Source: Priapulus caudatus (Eukaryota). Taken from it: a stretch of DNA of 49,724 nucleotides. Shown here piece by piece: positions 24,693 through 34,918 of the stretch (its first letter is position 1; each line of letters begins with the position of its first letter). The notes below the pieces were generated by a model, which saw only the letters and a list, made by a program, of their open reading frames with translations, did no database searches and was not told the DNA's origin. Location: positions 127,615 to 177,338 of the forward strand of contig NW_014577088.1 of NCBI RefSeq assembly GCF_000485595.1, written 5' to 3'. Both the position numbers and the translations under genes were made by a program.

Positions 24693-25342
24693 CTTCGTAG
24701 GTGTGGCCACCATGAGTCTTGACCAACGACAAAGCAGAGTGCTCGTCTCTGTATTTCACTATTTGTTCAAGTTCGTTAATCTTTTCCCATGTAGTGTACA
24801 GTGTAGTGCCATACTTAATTGGCCCATATGGCAGGGCAGTAGTTGAATTTTGCTGAGGCAGTAAGATTTGATTTTACAACAAGTATATTTAAAGTCTGGA
24901 TTTGTAATCTAAGTATTTTCCGAATCATTTTAGAGAATTTAACTGGCGTGATGCCCTGCTGCAAATTTATGTTCCTGATGTGTTTGTCGAAAGTTAGGCG
25001 GCTGTCAATATCACATTTGCGAAAACATGTTTGCATGGTACCAAGTTATTGTGATTCAAGATTCAAGCTTCAAAGATGTTTATTTGTGCATAAGACATAC
25101 ATTCATACAGTGAGTGTACAATGGAAGTTATGCATATGAGAATGACAGGTCACAGTACATGATTTGTTAGATGAAGCACAGGGGTGGCGAAAGACCCGAA
25201 GGTCATCAAAGTCTGCTACCCCTGAAACGAATTAGTTCATAGACAGGCAGCTGAATCATGATCGAGTTTATTGATTGAAACAAATCCAGCCATGTGAGTT
25301 ATGACTAGCTCCAAGAAACGGTCTTGCTAGAGTACGTTAGAA

Positions 25343-25555
25343 GAATGCCACTAGGGACAGCGCGTCTCCCAAGTCCGACTCAGGGGAGAGATAGTGATCT
25401 GCTAGATGGCGCATTATTAATTAACAATTAATAAAATCAGTTAACCCTAATCCTAACCCTAATCCTTCCCCTATCCCTAATTAAAAAAAAATAAAAAAAT
25501 AAAAATAATTTGGCGCCTTTCGGACTTGGGAGACGCGCTGCCCCTAGTCGCAGTG
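25343..25555. mobile_element. MITE family B, 9-bp TSD acgttagaa, internal TAACCC-like tract
   Basis: TIRs gaatgccactagggacagcgcgtctcccaagtccga / tcggacttgggagacgcgctgcccctagtcgcagtg; TSD at 25334-25342 and 25556-25564. Confidence 0.85.
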
Positions 25556-25866
25556 ACGTTAGAAGACCCTGTATAGGCAATCAGTCGTACAGGCTACAGC
25601 CTCGTCGGGCTAAGTTATGACGTAACCTGAAAAGTTAGTTACTTTACTTATTAATAATAATACTAGGTAGTTTACTATTTTAGGTATTTACTATTAGTAT
25701 TACTAGACTGAGCTAGCTGTAGTCTGAGCCAACGCAGACCCCAGTAAATAATGAGCACTGTTAAACTTAAACCCGCACCCTCAGATTAGCAAAGCCGAGT
25801 TATAACGTCTGCTAGACCGAATAATTCTGTCCCATATAACCTTTTTTATATTTTGGTGAGGGTTAT

Positions 25867-26712
25867 CAGGGCTCAATTTTAACAGTCGTCCGGTCGTCCG
25901 TGACGACTGGATTTTCTCTCGGGCAACTACAAATTACTTCTGTGGTTGTCCGGTGTCCAACCTCTAAATTAATTTTTTATTTTTATTTTTTATTTTTTAT
26001 TTTTGCTCATCTGTGATTTGACACAGTGTTAATGTAAATGTTATGAAATAAATTGCATGCAACTTTTAATTACTGTTATTATACGTCATTGATCCCAGCA
26101 TCATTTACCACATTAATTACCAATATTTTATTCTCTTTATATAATGAGTGAAACAATGCGAATGGCCATGTCTGTTGTCACTGCAATACGTACAAAATGT
26201 ACATGATTAGGCCTTTTGGCTTTACAGGCACTGAGCATCACGTGAGCAGAAGCGCATGTAGCACATGTTTTAAATAACACAGTGGCTATATGCCCGGCAG
26301 CCGGTATATCTGACGGCTGCCGGGCACGGTCTTCGATTTTCCCTAAATGCCCGCAGTTTTTAATTTTTAGCGTTATCTCAAAGTAAATAAGGGTAATTAG
26401 GGTTAGAGTTAGGATTATGGGTTAGGGTTAGGTGTTAGGGTTAGGGTTAGGTTTAGGCGTAGAGTTAGGGTTTTTGTTAGGTTTAGGGTTAGGGTTAGAG
26501 TTAGGGTTAAGAACTGCGGGCATTTAGGAAAACGAAAGACCGTGCCGGCTGCGGCAATATAGCCACAAGCGTTTAAATAATATCCGGACAACCAAAACTC
26601 TTGAGGGACAACCATATGCTACTCTCTTGGTTGTCCTCCGGACAACCCCCCAAAAAACTTGAAAACCTCCTGCACCTCCAACTCCAATCAACCTCCAAAA
26701 AATTGAGCACTG
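25867..26712. mobile_element. hAT-like (hAT5-type, 5-bp TSD gttat) non-autonomous element
   Basis: Ends cagggctcaatttt / aaaattgagcactg; subterminal ggttgtcc/ggacaacc motifs; TSD at 25862-25866 and 26713-26717. Confidence 0.7.
26278..26571. mobile_element. MITE family C, 9-bp TSD tttaaataa, long internal (TTAGGG)n tract
   Basis: Inverted gtggctatat...gcacggtcttcgattttccctaaatgcccgcagtt at both ends; TSD at 26269-26277 and 26572-26580; telomere-like array at 26390-26509. Confidence 0.85.
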
Positions 26713-27306
26713 GTTATACAGGCCCCAATATAACCCTCACCAAAATATAAAAAAGGTTATATGGACAGAATTATTCGGTCTAAACGTCTGCGTGCGGACA
26801 AAGCTAGCTGCATCTCACAATGTGTCCTTACTTCGACTTGCATGTGAGGTACTGGTGGACGAAGATCTTGGTCAGCAACAAGAGATAAATACATCAACAT
26901 ACAAACTATCTTTGGCCCGCAACACATAATTATTGTAACAAAATTTATTACTTTACTCTCCTCTCATCGCTAAGCACGCCATCTTTCAACACAAAACTTA
27001 AATTGTTTTCATTCGTTCTCGACTGCTCCACTTATTCGCTGTGTTGTTGTGGCGCCACTAGTTGTGACGGGCAAGTTCACGCGACTGCATAAATACGTAA
27101 ACTGAAGGAAATAAGTGTGAATACCTCGTATGCATTGCGTAAGTAGTGTTTTATTACACCATATTTAGAAATTTCAGTCTAAATAATAGGCTTGTACATG
27201 GCATTTTAAAATTAGAGTGAGTGGCAACACTGAATATAAAACAATTACAATTGGTAGTTACTAGGTCTGACTCTACGCCACGCCCACGGCACTGGAGCCC
27301 TGCCAC

Positions 27307-28484
27307 CACAGCACTTGGACCGTTTCAATAATAAAATGATGGTTAATAAATACAACTCTGTCAGTACTACTACTAGCCCTACAGTACCAGTACCAGCAAT
27401 AGTCTTAATGTTTGATATAACTTCACTTCAACACCGTCCAATAGACGCTGCAAACACATATAGCCCGCACGCCATTGTGCATGCACAGATACACAGTAGC
27501 CCGACCAGGCTGTGCGACGGATTGTCTATACAGCCTGACACCCTTCCATACAAAAAACCTATCACCTCTGCAGATCTAGATGAATAACTCTGTATATCTC
27601 AAATAAAAACTATTCCATTACCACCTTTAACTTGCCTTGTTTAAAAATATGAACGTTAACTCACAGTTGTCCTGCTTCTAAACAGAATGTATCTCTTAAT
27701 TCCACGGTAATAATCTGCTAATTCTCACAGCATATCAACTTTCAAATCAGCTTTAACGCCATGTTTAGCAAGGCACGGAAAACCCGAAACGGAATAGACT
27801 CGCTAGAAAATACTACAGAAATATGTACGATGGCTCTCAAGGCAATTACACACACAAAGCAAGTGAAACGATGTTCGAAAATGTCTGGGCCATTTGTAAA
27901 AAACCTTAGATGACATGTTCTCGGATGTAGGGGTGGTTTACTTGATGACCGCAGATCGTTTAATTTCCTTTGTTCGATCCATTGCAGATTTAGTCACAGT
28001 CGGAATGATAGCAAAACATGGTGGCAAATTCATATAATTTGGTTGCATTTGTCTCAAAAGGTTGCCTGTAACCTCGTAAGTACCAGCGCATCGTAGCGCA
28101 CTGATGTTACAAGAAGGTGGACGTTTACTGATTCATTGGTATATCACATGTGTGGACCTGCTGTTCTTTGGCGATACTTGGATTATAAGGCAACTACGTG
28201 TTTAGCTGCAGCATGTGTTCAACGGTATTCCTATACCCTAGCAATACGCGTTTCTTGGAGCTAAGATACACAGTAGGTTAGAGCTCTAACCTACTGTGTA
28301 TCTGTGCATGCACAATGGCGTGCGGGCTATATGTGTTGCAGCGGTGTATTGGACGGTGTTGAAGTGAAGTTATATCAAACATTAAGACTATTGCTGGTAC
28401 TGGTACTGGTAGGGCTAGTAGTAGTACTGACAAGTTGTATTTATTAACCATCATTTTATTATTGAAACGGTCCAAGTGCCTGTG
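27307..28484. mobile_element. Non-autonomous element with ~190-bp TIRs, CA...TG ends and ~8-bp TSD cctgccac (P- or hAT-like)
   Basis: 27307-27499 is the reverse complement of 28290-28484. Flanks are cctgccac (27299-27306) and cctgcccac (cctgccat in the duplicate at 31632). Confidence 0.75.
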
Positions 28485-29170
28485 CCTGCCCACTTGCCAC
28501 TGCATGGCACTAGTGTAGCTTCATCAATATACAGAATCGTGGGCAAAATTTGAACATCTAGTACATTATTTATCAAACAAAGTTAGTTGTTTTAGAGATT
28601 TTTTAGAGATTTTATCAAATAGAAAAGATTCATCAATATGTACCTGGACTACTACAATGTGGGCAATAACTTTTAACAATCTAGTACATTATTTATATAA
28701 CAAGGTTAGATGTTAAAACACTATAAAGAACAATGTATTATATAATGTTAATAGCAATTAATTAGAAATAAGAAAGTAATGAGTGTAACTATTCTCAGGG
28801 TGAAGGTGTCTTGGTCACTTACGCTGCCAGTGTCTATGTCTCCCTGGGTACTGCCGGCAACGTACCCTGGTACTATCTAATATGCCGGACCGTACCTCGC
28901 CTACTCCACTAACGAGTCTAGGAGGTCACCTACGCCTACTCCTAACCCTAACCATATCAGATAGTTACCAGGGTATGTTCGCGGTATACCGACCGTACCC
29001 AGGGTACGCTCCGGCATACCCAGGGAGACATAGACCCTATCCATCACTACTTGTAGCACATACCTACAGAAAATGAATTCGTGTGTCCTGTTCTAGCCGC
29101 TAGACAATCAATCAAATTGTTACTTTAGATTCTTATGGAAGTTCTTTATTAGCTATATTTTATATTATAT
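27798..29170 (+). repeat. Direct duplicate of 30955-32315 (includes a family A MITE at 28823-29042)
   Basis: Collinear from actcgctagaaaatactacagaaata to agctatatt; differences are mostly 1-nt indels. Confidence 0.95.
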
Positions 29171-29183
29171 ATATATATATTAT

Positions 29184-29622
29184 TAGGGCTGTAACGATAC
29201 ACAAGCCTCTCAGATTCGATCCAGTTCTCCGATATTACCCTCTCGATTCGATTCCTTCCGATTCGATTCCCAAAATATTGAAATGTTTTTCTATTTTATT
29301 TATATTTTTCTTATTTTGCAATAATAAATTATTAGAAATTGCCAATAACTACCTAAATGGTGAATAGACTAGAAGAGTCTAGAGAGTATATATCATAGAG
29401 ATGTATACTATTTATACATCTCTATGGATATATATACACTGTAAAGCACATCGCGAGTAAAATTGGTGAGTAACACTCCACAGTATATAGCGTAGTGCCG
29501 CCATCTATTGGAGGAAAAAAGTGGTATCGAAGTGGAATCGAAAATACGGGGAAAAATATTGAGGATCGGATCGAGGGAAGAGAATCGCGATCCGATTTGA
29601 TTTCGGTGGATCGTTAGCCCTA
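29184..29622. mobile_element. hAT-like MITE (TIR tagggctgtaacgat) in a (TA)n tract, containing a 33-bp CATAG...CTATG mini-palindrome at 29394-29426
   Basis: Ends tagggctgtaacgat / atcgttagcccta; subterminal cgattc repeats. Confidence 0.75.
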
Positions 29623-29875
29623 ATATATATTCTACATTATTAGCTATATAATGTTAAAGTTAGTTATATATATATGTGCTATGAAAATATATCAAGTACA
29701 CGTTCTCCATCTTGAAGCAATGAGATCGTAAAATAATACTCATACTGATAAAATTTATGTTTGGCAGATTTTTATAAAAAGTTTGTGTGTGACAGAAAAA
29801 TAAATCTACATTCATCATTATTCCATCCGTATATCCCCTGATTCACAAAAATCATCATTTATCTTTATTCCCCCT

Positions 29876-30300
29876 ATACATAGTTTTCACTGACGTCACA
29901 CATACGGGCACTTAGTTTACCCGCCGCCATCTTGTAGGTCAAGCGATCGCCGGCGATTCGCCGCTAGACTAGCGCTAGACTTATGCCTCTATTCCACACA
30001 GACCACGAATCCCACGAATCGCTACGAATTGATAAATTTTAGGATTTGTAGTTGAATCGTAATCAGTTCGTGAAGTTCTTAACTGATTCGTATTTATTCG
30101 TAGTCAGTTCTTTCAATTCTTGAGCGATCGGGAATTCGTGGCAAAAGTTTTGAGCTGTTCAAATCTGGTTAAAATACGATGTTTCGAACTAGTGACATGT
30201 TGGCAGTGTTGCGCAACCGGCTGACTAACACACTTGACCTAGAAGATGGCGACCCGTATCACGTGACCACAGGCCGTGACGTCATGTGAAATCTATCTAT
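29876..30300. mobile_element. TIR MITE (atagatagatttcacatgacgtcac-type) with an internal Harbinger-like fragment
   Basis: Left end atacatagttttcactgacgtcac...cgccatcttgtaggtcaag is complementary to the right end cttgacctagaagatggcg...gtgacgtcatgtgaaatctatctat. Confidence 0.7.
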
Positions 30301-30585
30301 ATCCTTTCTATTGGGGTTACACAAGTCGCCATTAATCTTTAACCACCTATACTCTGTTTTATATTGTAAAATGTATCAGTTACTCATACCAATGTTTTTT
30401 TCAGTAAGATATTATATAAGGACATTTAATATATAAAATCTAGTACTAGTAAAGCTACACCTAGTTATCTCCAGTGTCACACAACAGTGATTGATAGGCA
30501 AATATCACAGATAAGGTCTACGTCGCCCTGACCTCTGTCTGACCTGGCTCGTTTAGCTATTTCTGACTAATATATATATATATAT

Positions 30586-30950
30586 CAGTGTTCGAAATGA
30601 GAAAAAAAATGTGGTTGTCCTGCGGACAACCCAGGCATCAAATCGGGTTGTCCGCAACAATTTCTGGTTGTCCCCAAAAAATATCCTCAAATCTCCTATT
30701 TTCAATCACATAATAATATGGTCAGAAAACACCCAAAAACAGTAGTGTAGCCAGGATTTTTTAACAAGGGTGGCCAAACACAGCAAACTGTGCAAAATAG
30801 TGGCTGACTTAATATTTTAATGGCTCCTCCGCCTCCCTCTCCACACCTAATGGCTCCTCCGCCTCCCTCTCCACACCCTACGGCTCCTCTACCTTCTCTG
30901 CAATCTTTGTTTTGGGTGCCATGTGAATAGGCGACATTTTTGTTCATTGT
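30586..30950 (+). mobile_element. Truncated hAT-like ends plus a 30-bp tandem repeat (30819-30900)
   Basis: cagtgttcgaaa with ggttgtcc motifs like 25867-26712; aatggctcctccgcctccctctccacacct repeated about 2.7 times. Confidence 0.45.
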
Positions 30951-30954
30951 TCTA

Positions 30955-32315
30955 ACTCGCTAGAAAATACTACAGAAATAGTACGATGGCTCTCAAGGCA
31001 ATTACACACCAAAGCAAGTGAAACGATGTTCAGAAATGTCTGGGCCATTTGTAAAAAACCTTAGATGACATGTTCTCGGATGTAGGGGTGGTTTACATGA
31101 TGACCGCAGATCGTTTAATTTCCTTTGTTCGATCCATTGCAGATTTTAGTCACAGTCGGAATGATAGCAAACATGGTGGCAAATTCATAAATTTGGTTGC
31201 ATTCGTCTCAAAAAGTTGCTGTAACCTCGTAAGTACCCAGCGCATCGTAGCGCACTGATGGTTACAAGAAGGTGGACGTTTACTGATTCATTTGGTATAT
31301 CACATGTGTGGTGTTCTTTGGCGATACTTGGATTATAAGGCAACTACGTGTTTAGCTGCAGCCTGTGTTCGAAACGGTATTCTAACCCTAGCAATACCGT
31401 TTCTTGGAGCTAAGATACACAGTAGGTTAGAGCTCTAACCTACTGTGTATCTGTGCATGCACAATGGCGTGCGGGCTATGTGTTGCATCGGTGTATTGGA
31501 CGGTGTTGAAGTGAAGTTATATCAAACATTAAGACTATTGCTGGTACTGGTACTGGTAGGGCTAGTAGTAGTACTGACAAGTTGTATTTATTAACCATCA
31601 TTTTATTATTGAAACGGTCCAAGTGCCTGTGCCTGCCATTGCCACTGCATGGCACTAGTGTAGCTTCATCAATATACAGACGTGGGCAATAATTTTGAAC
31701 AATCTAGTACATTATTTATCAAACAAAGTTAGTTGTTTTAGAGATTTTTTAGAGATTTTATCAAATTAGAAAAGATTCATCAATATGTACCTGGACTACT
31801 AAATGTGGGCAATAACTTTTAACAATCTAGTATATTATTTATATAACAAGGTTAGATGTTAAAACACTATCAAGAACAATGTATTATATAATGTTAATAG
31901 CAATTAATTAGAAATAAGAAAGCTAATGAGTGTAACTATTCTCAGGGTGAAGGTGTCTTGGGTCACTTACGCTGCCAGTGTCTATGTCTCCCTGGGTACT
32001 GCCGGAACGTACCCTGGTACTATCTAATATGCCGGACCGTACCTCGCCTACTCCACTAACGAGTCTAGGGAGTCACCTACGCCTACTCCCTAACCCTAAC
32101 CATATCAGATAGTTACCAGGGTATGTTCCGGTATACCGGACCGTACCCAGGGTACGCTCTGGCAGTACCCAGGGAGACATAGACCCTATCAGCATCACTT
32201 ACTTGTAGCACATACCTACAGAAAATGAATTTCGTGTGTCCTGTCTAGCCGCTAGACAATCAATCAAATTGTTCTTTAGATTCTTATGGAAGTTTTTATT
32301 AGCTATATTATATTA
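30955..32315 (+). repeat. Direct duplicate of 27798-29170
   Basis: Collinear near-identity. Confidence 0.95.
31971..32193. mobile_element. MITE family A copy, 9-bp TSD gtcacttac/atcacttac
   Basis: TIRs gctgccagtgtctatgtctccctgggtactgcc / ggcagtacccagggagacatagaccctatcagc. Confidence 0.85.
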
Positions 32316-33122
32316 TATAAAAATACATCACTAGTTTACTGCAAAAAATATACGTACTTAATTGTCAATTTTCACAGCGTGATATATAAAATTGCTTTTA
32401 AAGGTCATGTAATCTGCCACTGTGGAAGTACTGTATATTTGCATATGTACATTCCTTCTTCACTTATGAATAGTTATAACAATAATTTAGACAGTGCGGC
32501 CAAAAATGAAACAATGGTCATTCTGAATGCTTGTGTAAAGAATAGAATTGTGAATAAAGTTTCAAAATCATAACTGAATTGTCTAATATGAGGTTTTAAA
32601 TCATTGTTCTCACATTTCATCTTTGAATGTATACAAGATTTTTAGTTTTTATGTGATACAGGTAGTGATAATGTACATTCTGAAAACACATGATTATCCA
32701 TTATATCGCAATACATACATCTTATGATGTATTCAATAAATTCCGAATTTTAACAACCGCTTGAGGGGAGCAGACTGCAATTCCAGGCAATCGATAAATC
32801 GAACGCCTATGGTAGGATATGCGAGCGTGAAGATGCAAAGATGGACTCAGCATGCGAGCGATTAGGCGCGGGGAGCGACGCTCGCGCGAGTATCGCCAGC
32901 ACTGTCGCGTAGGCATAGTATTACTTAATGTACGGAAAGGTAATTAAGTGGGTGTCGCGTCGCTGATGTTTCTTGATTTACGCGAGTTTGCATTACGCGA
33001 ATTTGCAATAGCGCGTAATAAATTTACTTAAAGAATAACAAGAACAACACTACAAGAATAACGCGATGCGGCGACTGCCAGGCGCGTGGCGAGCACGTAA
33101 AATAAATATGATGTTATTCATT

Positions 33123-33506
33123 AGCCGCGTTCACACGGAGCGAAGGAACTCGGGTCGAAAACGACCCGTGTCGAAAACGACACGGAGCGTCGTTGACGAG
33201 AGCGTTCACTATGCTATGCGAAAGATGCGAGCTGAGAAAAAAGTACAATGCGTCCAAGCGAACAATGCGAATTAAACAATCAAACTCTTCTGACTGACTT
33301 CCAACTATTCTGTTTACTTTCGTGTTGTGACGTACTAATTCCAACCCGAGTCGCGCGTTCACACGGCAAAAATGAACCAGGACTCGGGTTGTTCCGACCC
33401 GAGTCGTTTTCGTACCGAGAAAACGTCCGTGTGAACGCTCGTCCCGGAACGCATTTGACACGGGTCGTTTTCGACCCGAGTTCCTTCGCTCCGCGTGAAC
33501 GCGGCT
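33123..33506. mobile_element. PIF/Harbinger-like MITE, ~50-bp TIRs agccgcgttcacacggagcgaaggaactcgggtcgaaaacgacccgtgtc, 3-bp TSD att
   Basis: Near-perfect terminal inverted repeats; att on both sides. Confidence 0.85.
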
Positions 33507-33789
33507 ATTGTATTAAGCGACCCAGAAAATGTCTAGACATGTACGTGTGCATTGGTGGCTGCGCTTCACTCCCGCTGCTGATGCGCAGGTGAAGGCCGAT
33601 ACTTGCCGATATGAACTTCAATAGGAGTGTTTCATGTTGATAAACATTAACGTCATATGCGCACATGCGCAGTTTAACGGTTGGCAGCAAGCAAATGCAT
33701 GATATTGTACGATACGTGCACACGCACGCACACACGCATGCACGCACGTGTACGTGCGCACGCACGCACGCAAGCACGCACGCACGCAC

Positions 33790-33794
<5 letters not shown>

Positions 33795-33825
<31 letters not shown>

Positions 33826-34918
33826 ATATAATATATATATAGGGTTAGGGGTAGGGTTAGTCAGAAATAGCTATTGATCATTAGGCTTTGAGCCAGTTGA
33901 CTATTTAAATCTAGTGGCATCTAAAGTTGAGCTAAATTTGAAAGGTTATGCCATACAATCCTGCCACCAGAACTCCGGCTATAATCTGGTTATGGAGTTT
34001 GTAGTTCTTGAACCGGTTAGTATTGCCATTGCTCTTCAGAGTAATGAGGCATGTCTATTATCGGAAGTCCGTTGGAAACATTTTATTGATCCGAATTGTG
34101 CATGCAAACTGCGACGGCTGTTGAATTTACACTATGCCCGTATAGTGTGTTTGCTCCTCTGTACGTACAAGAGTGGAAAATGTAGACAAACCTTCTGCGT
34201 TTCTGCACCTAGGCACTGCGTAAATTATTGCTGTATGTCCCCCAGGCAGTTTCAAGGTCGAATTGACAACTACTCTAATTGTCAACAGACCGCATACCTG
34301 TTGACAATATATGCAGTGTTTCCCCTGCATTGACACGAGCGAGGCACACCACCTCGCTCAAATTTTCAGCCGCCTCACAGATATTTGTCCAAAACACCGC
34401 CTCGCTGACGAAAATCACTGTTCTTACATAGAACAGTGCTTATAATGCACCAAAATAGCTTAGAAAGCACCACATTGCACCAATTTTTCCAAAAGGATCT
34501 CGAAACGCGCAAACACACCAAACAAAATTTACCACCTCACAGACCTTTTTGGACAGGGGAAACACTATATGTGTGTGTGTGCGTGTGCGTGTGCGTGCGC
34601 GTGCGCGTGCGCGTGCGCGTGCGTGCGTGCGTGCGTGTTTTCTTGTTTTACAATATCTGGCTGACCAATTCAAAGTTATGAATGTTATGATAACTGAAAT
34701 ATATTTACAACAAGAAAATTAATATGTTACTTGATAAGTGAAACTGTGAAACTATTCCTATCTAGACTAGTCTAAGTCTCCAAGAGCAGAAATACTAGAC
34801 CTGCTTACTGGAAGCGAAATACTCCATCGAGGGTGTGAAAGAATTGTGGGTGTGCCAAATACATAGTGCCAGGTGATCGACACTATCTAATATTATATAA
34901 AATTAGGTAATGATAATA
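33795..34918 (+). repeat. Near-identical 1.1-kb direct repeat, copy 1 (copy 2 at 37140-38264); contains a hAT-like MITE at 34314-34567
   Basis: Offset 3346 bp, with only about two substitutions seen. Internal TIRs cagtgtttcccct / aggggaaacact. Confidence 0.95.

Larger units (their letters stand above)
23950..25020 (-). mobile_element. Degenerate CR1/L2-type LINE ORF2 C-terminal fragment, interrupted by the insertion at 24250-24692
   Basis: Frameshifted peptides IDSRLTFDKHIRNI, KFNYCPAIW, IQRRALCFV, TYEGLLAHTNLPSL (restored by removing the insert), PTYIKSLFK...PYNF and SFRY...QLPSNI. Confidence 0.75.
25813..26782. mobile_element. MITE with ~53-bp TIRs (tagaccgaataattctgtcc...), 9-bp TSD aacgtctgc; host of two nested elements
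   Basis: TIRs at 25813-25866 and 26729-26782; TSD at 25804-25812 and 26783-26791. Confidence 0.85.

Noticed and set aside
26390..26509. (TTAGGG)n as a true telomere or chromosome-fusion site
   Set aside because: Short, degenerate and enclosed by MITE TIRs with a TSD.
33914..34333. 139-aa ORF present twice (also 37260-37679)
   Set aside because: GTG start, no recognisable motif, runs into a MITE; the identity only reflects the duplication.
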